Positions 60,404-64,000 of a stretch of DNA of 64,000 nt are shown one piece after another. Each line of letters begins with the position of its first letter. The stretch's first letter is position 1. Under the pieces are notes generated by a model. The model worked only from the letters and a program-made list of their open reading frames with translations, was not told the origin of the DNA and ran no database searches. A program made the translations under genes and the position numbers. The stretch is taken from assembly GCF_009914755.1 (NCBI RefSeq), contig NC_060933.1; one strand, given 5' to 3'. The stretch comes from the human T2T-CHM13v2.0 reference genome, Homo sapiens.

Positions 60404-61417
60404 ATGGGGAAAAACAGCAGAAAAACTGAAAATTCTAAAAATCAGAGTGCCTCTCCTCCTCCAAGGGAATGCAGCTCCTCACCAGCAATGGAGCAAAGGT
60501 GGAGGGAGAATGACTTTGACGAGCTGAGAGAAGAAGGCTTCAGATGATCAAACTTCTCCAAGCTAAAGGAGGAAGTTTGAACCCATCACAAAGAAGTTAA
60601 AAATCTTGAAAAAAGATTAGACAAATGGCTAACTAGAATAACCAATGTAGAGAAGTCCTTAAATGACCTGATGGAGCTGAAAACCATGGCACAAGAACTA
60701 AGTGACGAATGCACAAGCTTCACTGTCCGATTCAATCAACTGGAAGAAAAGGGTATCAGTGATAGAAGATCAAATGAATGAAATGAAGCAAGAAGAGAAG
60801 TTTAGAGAAAAAAAGAATAAAAAGAAACTAGCAAAGCCTCCAAGAAATATGGGACTATGTGAAAAGACCAAATCTATGTCCCTGACTAGTGTACCTGAAG
60901 GTGACAGGGAGAATGGAACCAAGTTGGAAAACACCCTGCAGGATATTATCCAGGAGAACTTCCCCATCTTAGCAAGGCAGGCCAACATTCAAATTCAGGA
61001 TATACAGAGAACGCCACAGAGATATTCCTCGAGAAGAGCAACTCCAAAACACATAATTGTCAGATTCACCAAAGGTGAAATGAAGGAAAAAATGTTAAGG
61101 GCAGCCAGAGAGAAAGGTTGGGTTACCCACAAAGGGAAGACCATCAGACTAAAAGCTGATCTCTCGGCAGAAACTCTACAAGCCAGAAGAGAGTGGGGGC
61201 CAATATTCAACATTCTTAAAAGAATTTTCAACCCAGAATTTCATATCCAGCCAAACTAAGCTTCATAAGTGAAGGAGAAATAAAATACTTTACAGACAAG
61301 CAAATGCTGAGAGATTTTGTCACCACCAAGCCTGCCCTAAAAGAGCTCCTGAAGGAAGCACTAAACATGGAAAGGAACAACCAGTACCAGCCACTGCAAA
61401 AACATGCCAAATTGTAA
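60404..61417 (+). pseudogene. L1 ORF1 (disrupted)
   Basis: ATGGGGAAAAAC start; ...ENGTKLENTLQDIIQENFP...RAAREKG...; frameshifts and stops. Confidence 0.9.
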
Positions 61418-61480
61418 AGACCATCGAGGCTAGGAAGAAACTGCATCAATTAACGAGCAAAATAACCAGCTAACATCATA

Positions 61481-64000
<2,520 letters not shown>

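Overview
AT-rich, repeat-dense primate genomic DNA, almost certainly human: an Alu carrying all five AluYa5 diagnostic bases sits at 35481. I can support no host protein-coding exon, tRNA/rRNA gene or CRISPR array. The ORFs I can assign come from L1, Alu or MaLR sequence; the rest look like chance ORFs. The window is a layered record of transposition. It holds ancient L2/MIR/CR1 and L1M relics, a near full-length minus-strand L1PA15/16-type element (25.1-32.6 kb) and two complete THE1 MaLR proviruses. An old L1MC/MD element has been stretched to about 18 kb by nested insertions, and a 5'-intact L1PA4-like element runs off the right edge. The most notable observations: (1) a ~900 bp non-TE retrocopy with a perfect TSD and a probable twin-priming inversion, hidden inside an L1; (2) an open, extended antisense ORF0 plus the retained ZNF93-target segment in the right-hand L1; (3) a four-segment, multiply inverted L1; (4) a candidate old L1 3' transduction; (5) a 23-bp near-perfect hairpin; (6) a MADE1 carrying a miR-548-type mature sequence; (7) intact DUX4 motifs in two THE1 LTRs. 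I found no evidence of a wholly new biological system. Subfamily names come from recalled consensus features and need RepeatMasker/Dfam confirmation; boundaries of old repeats are approximate.
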